DNA of 64,000 nucleotides from Oscillospiraceae bacterium (GTDB taxonomy: Bacteria; Bacillota; Clostridia; Oscillospirales; Oscillospiraceae), in contig JAGBIE010000014.1 in the NCBI GenBank assembly GCA_017935145.1, positions 71,047 to 135,046 of the forward strand, written 5' to 3'. The notes below the pieces were generated by a model. That model made no database searches and was not told where the DNA came from. It worked only from the letters and a program-made list of their open reading frames with translations. The position numbers and the translations under genes were made by a program. Below are positions 62,761-64,000 of this stretch, in pieces. Numbering within the stretch: position 1 is the first letter of the stretch; each line of letters starts with the position of its first letter.

Positions 62761-63546
62761 ATGCATAAATCCAAATGTCTACCTCGCATTTTTGCAATTG
62801 TTTTGGCGGTTTGTTCTTTGGCTTCTGTGCTGATCACCGCATCTGCTGCAAATCCTTTTAATGATATCAGTGCAGCGGATTACTTTTATGATGCCGTCTT
62901 GTGGGCTGTAGATAAGAATATTACCAATGGTGTTGGCGACGGTCAATTTGCTCCCTTAAAGACTTGTACTCGCGCTGAAGCTGTCACATTTTTGTGGCGT
63001 GCCATGGGCAGACCTGCACCTAAAGCAACATCCTGCGCGTTTACTGATGTGGTGAAAGATTCGTACTACTACAGTGCGCTACTATGGGCTGTTGAGAATA
63101 AGATTACCACTGGCACATCTGCAACAACCTTTGCGCCCGATATGACATTGACACGTGAACAGTTCGTTACGCTTTTGTGGCGCACAGCTGGATCACCTGT
63201 AGAAAGTGCAAAGACGAATTTTACTGATGTTCCGGATGATGCATATTATGCTACTGCTGTACAGTGGGCAGTTGCTAAGAAAATCACCCAAGGTGTGGGG
63301 GATAACATGTTTGGCCCGCGCAGAGACTGCACAAGAAGTCAAATCGCGACTCTCCTCCTGCGCGTTTCTGAAAATACAAACATTATGCCCGAGAACCCTT
63401 CTTATCCTCAGGACCCTGTGTACCCAGATGTTCCTCAAACACCGACTACCCCCGAAACACCCAGTGAACCGACAGATCCTAATAAGCCTGCTGTAAATCC
63501 CTCTGTTGGCGTAGGCGGGAAATACGAGACAAACTGGGATGTTTAA
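62761..63546 (+). CDS. secreted protein consisting of three SLH domains and a Pro-rich tail
   Basis: Signal peptide ending ASA. Three repeats: F(N/T)D(I/V)...YY..A(V/L).WAV...IT.G......F.P....TR.(E/Q). Then the PENPSYPQDPVYPDVPQTPTTPETPSEPTDPNKP tail. Confidence 0.8.
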   Translation: MHKSKCLPRIFAIVLAVCSLASVLITASAANPFNDISAADYFYDAVLWAVDKNITNGVGDGQFAPLKTCTRAEAVTFLWRAMGRPAPKATSCAFTDVVKDSYYYSALLWAVENKITTGTSATTFAPDMTLTREQFVTLLWRTAGSPVESAKTNFTDVPDDAYYATAVQWAVAKKITQGVGDNMFGPRRDCTRSQIATLLLRVSENTNIMPENPSYPQDPVYPDVPQTPTTPETPSEPTDPNKPAVNPSVGVGGKYETNWDV

Positions 63547-63584
63547 CACAAAACGACCGGAGCAATCCATATGTCGCCCAGACT

Positions 63585-63647
63585 CCGGTCTGGGGCAAGG
63601 GTTTTGTTTTTAGAACCTTTGCCCAAGACCGGAGTTGTTTCCTTTTT
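63585..63647 (+). terminator. 17-bp hairpin plus T-rich tail (terminator or attenuator) after the SLH gene
   Basis: CCGGTCTGGGGCAAGGG (63585-63601) pairs with CCTTTGCCCAAGACCGG (63616-63632) with one mismatch. GTTGTTTCCTTTTT follows. Confidence 0.55.
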
Positions 63648-63656
63648 GGAGGTTTT

Positions 63657-64000
63657 ATGAAACAGACTTATCGCATCGCTGGTCTCGTTGTTGAGATGGA
63701 TACTTTTGGCAGAACGGAACAACAGGCGAAACCGTATATGTGTGAATACACCACACCTGACATGACGATTTCTGCAGATTGGCGTGCATATCAGCAAATC
63801 CATCCGCATCTTTCTGCGGAAGAATGCGAATATATTCTAACTGGTGCCACTTTCTATAAAAGACTCATTCAAAACAACGGCATTATGCTCCATGCCTCAG
63901 CTGTGGTTGTAGATGGTCAAGCCTATTTATTTTCCGCTCCTAGCGGTACGGGAAAATCAACCCACACTCGATTGTGGCTGAAAAAGTTTGGAGAACGTGC
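63657..64000 (+). CDS. HPr-kinase-like P-loop protein, 3'-truncated by window edge
   Basis: GGAGG RBS. Open frame runs to the window end. LHASAVVVDGQAYLFSAPSGTGKSTHTRLW resembles the HprK C-terminal P-loop (hG..v...G.gvLi.G.SG.GKS). Confidence 0.6.
   Translation, partial: MKQTYRIAGLVVEMDTFGRTEQQAKPYMCEYTTPDMTISADWRAYQQIHPHLSAEECEYILTGATFYKRLIQNNGIMLHASAVVVDGQAYLFSAPSGTGKSTHTRLWLKKFGER

Noticed and set aside
1-64000. CRISPR arrays, tRNA/rRNA genes, IS elements, integrases, toxin-antitoxin pairs or known defence-system genes
   Set aside because: None recognised by eye in any intergenic region or ORF. The intergenic spacers are short and are accounted for by promoters, terminators and the structures listed above. 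A tRNAscan/Infernal/DefenseFinder run would be the decisive check.

Overview
The window looks like a mostly core chromosomal segment of a spore-forming Clostridia genome. The evidence is Spo0A, SpoIVB, PolC, GlnRS, SLH-domain wall proteins and about 50% G+C. An Oscillospirales/Ruminococcaceae-like origin is an inference only. Gene density is high, and many genes are translationally coupled by overlapping stop and start codons.

Recognisable blocks:
- trpS (5'-truncated) and a tagO-like gene.
- coaX.
- An SLH-anchored GH24 lysozyme.
- truA carrying an in-frame amber codon.
- A minus-strand operon of a DUF5685-like protein, a J-domain protein and a papain-like/Ig-like protein.
- punA, mtnA and a DUF2461 gene.
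- spoIVB.
- proC, spo0A and nrdR.
- A DtxR-family regulator divergent from feoA, feoB and a Cys-rich peptide gene.
- glnS.
- The conserved Firmicute cluster pyrH-frr-uppS-cdsA-dxr-rseP-ispG-polC.
- pfkB plus a CUT1-type sugar ABC system.
- From about 47.6 kb, a cell-envelope locus: a capD-like gene, an AT-rich gap, a fused Wzz/BY-kinase, a CpsB phosphatase, an LCP ligase, an 8.3-kb gene for a roughly 2,770-aa seven-module surface protein, a 45-aa acidic peptide ORF, an SLH-only protein and a truncated HPr-kinase-like P-loop gene at the window edge.

I recognised no rRNA, tRNA, CRISPR array, transposase, integrase or prophage block by eye.

The most interesting signal is the cap/cps-type regulatory module. 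It appears wired to a giant, anchor-less, strongly codon-biased modular protein, with a structured leader and small companion genes, rather than to glycosyltransferases.

Secondary curiosities:
- The J-domain operon of unknown function.
- A phosphatidyltransferase-DedA/VTT fusion.
- A fold-type-III decarboxylase homolog lacking its catalytic residues.
- The amber-interrupted truA.

All functional calls rest on motif recognition by eye. No database search was run.
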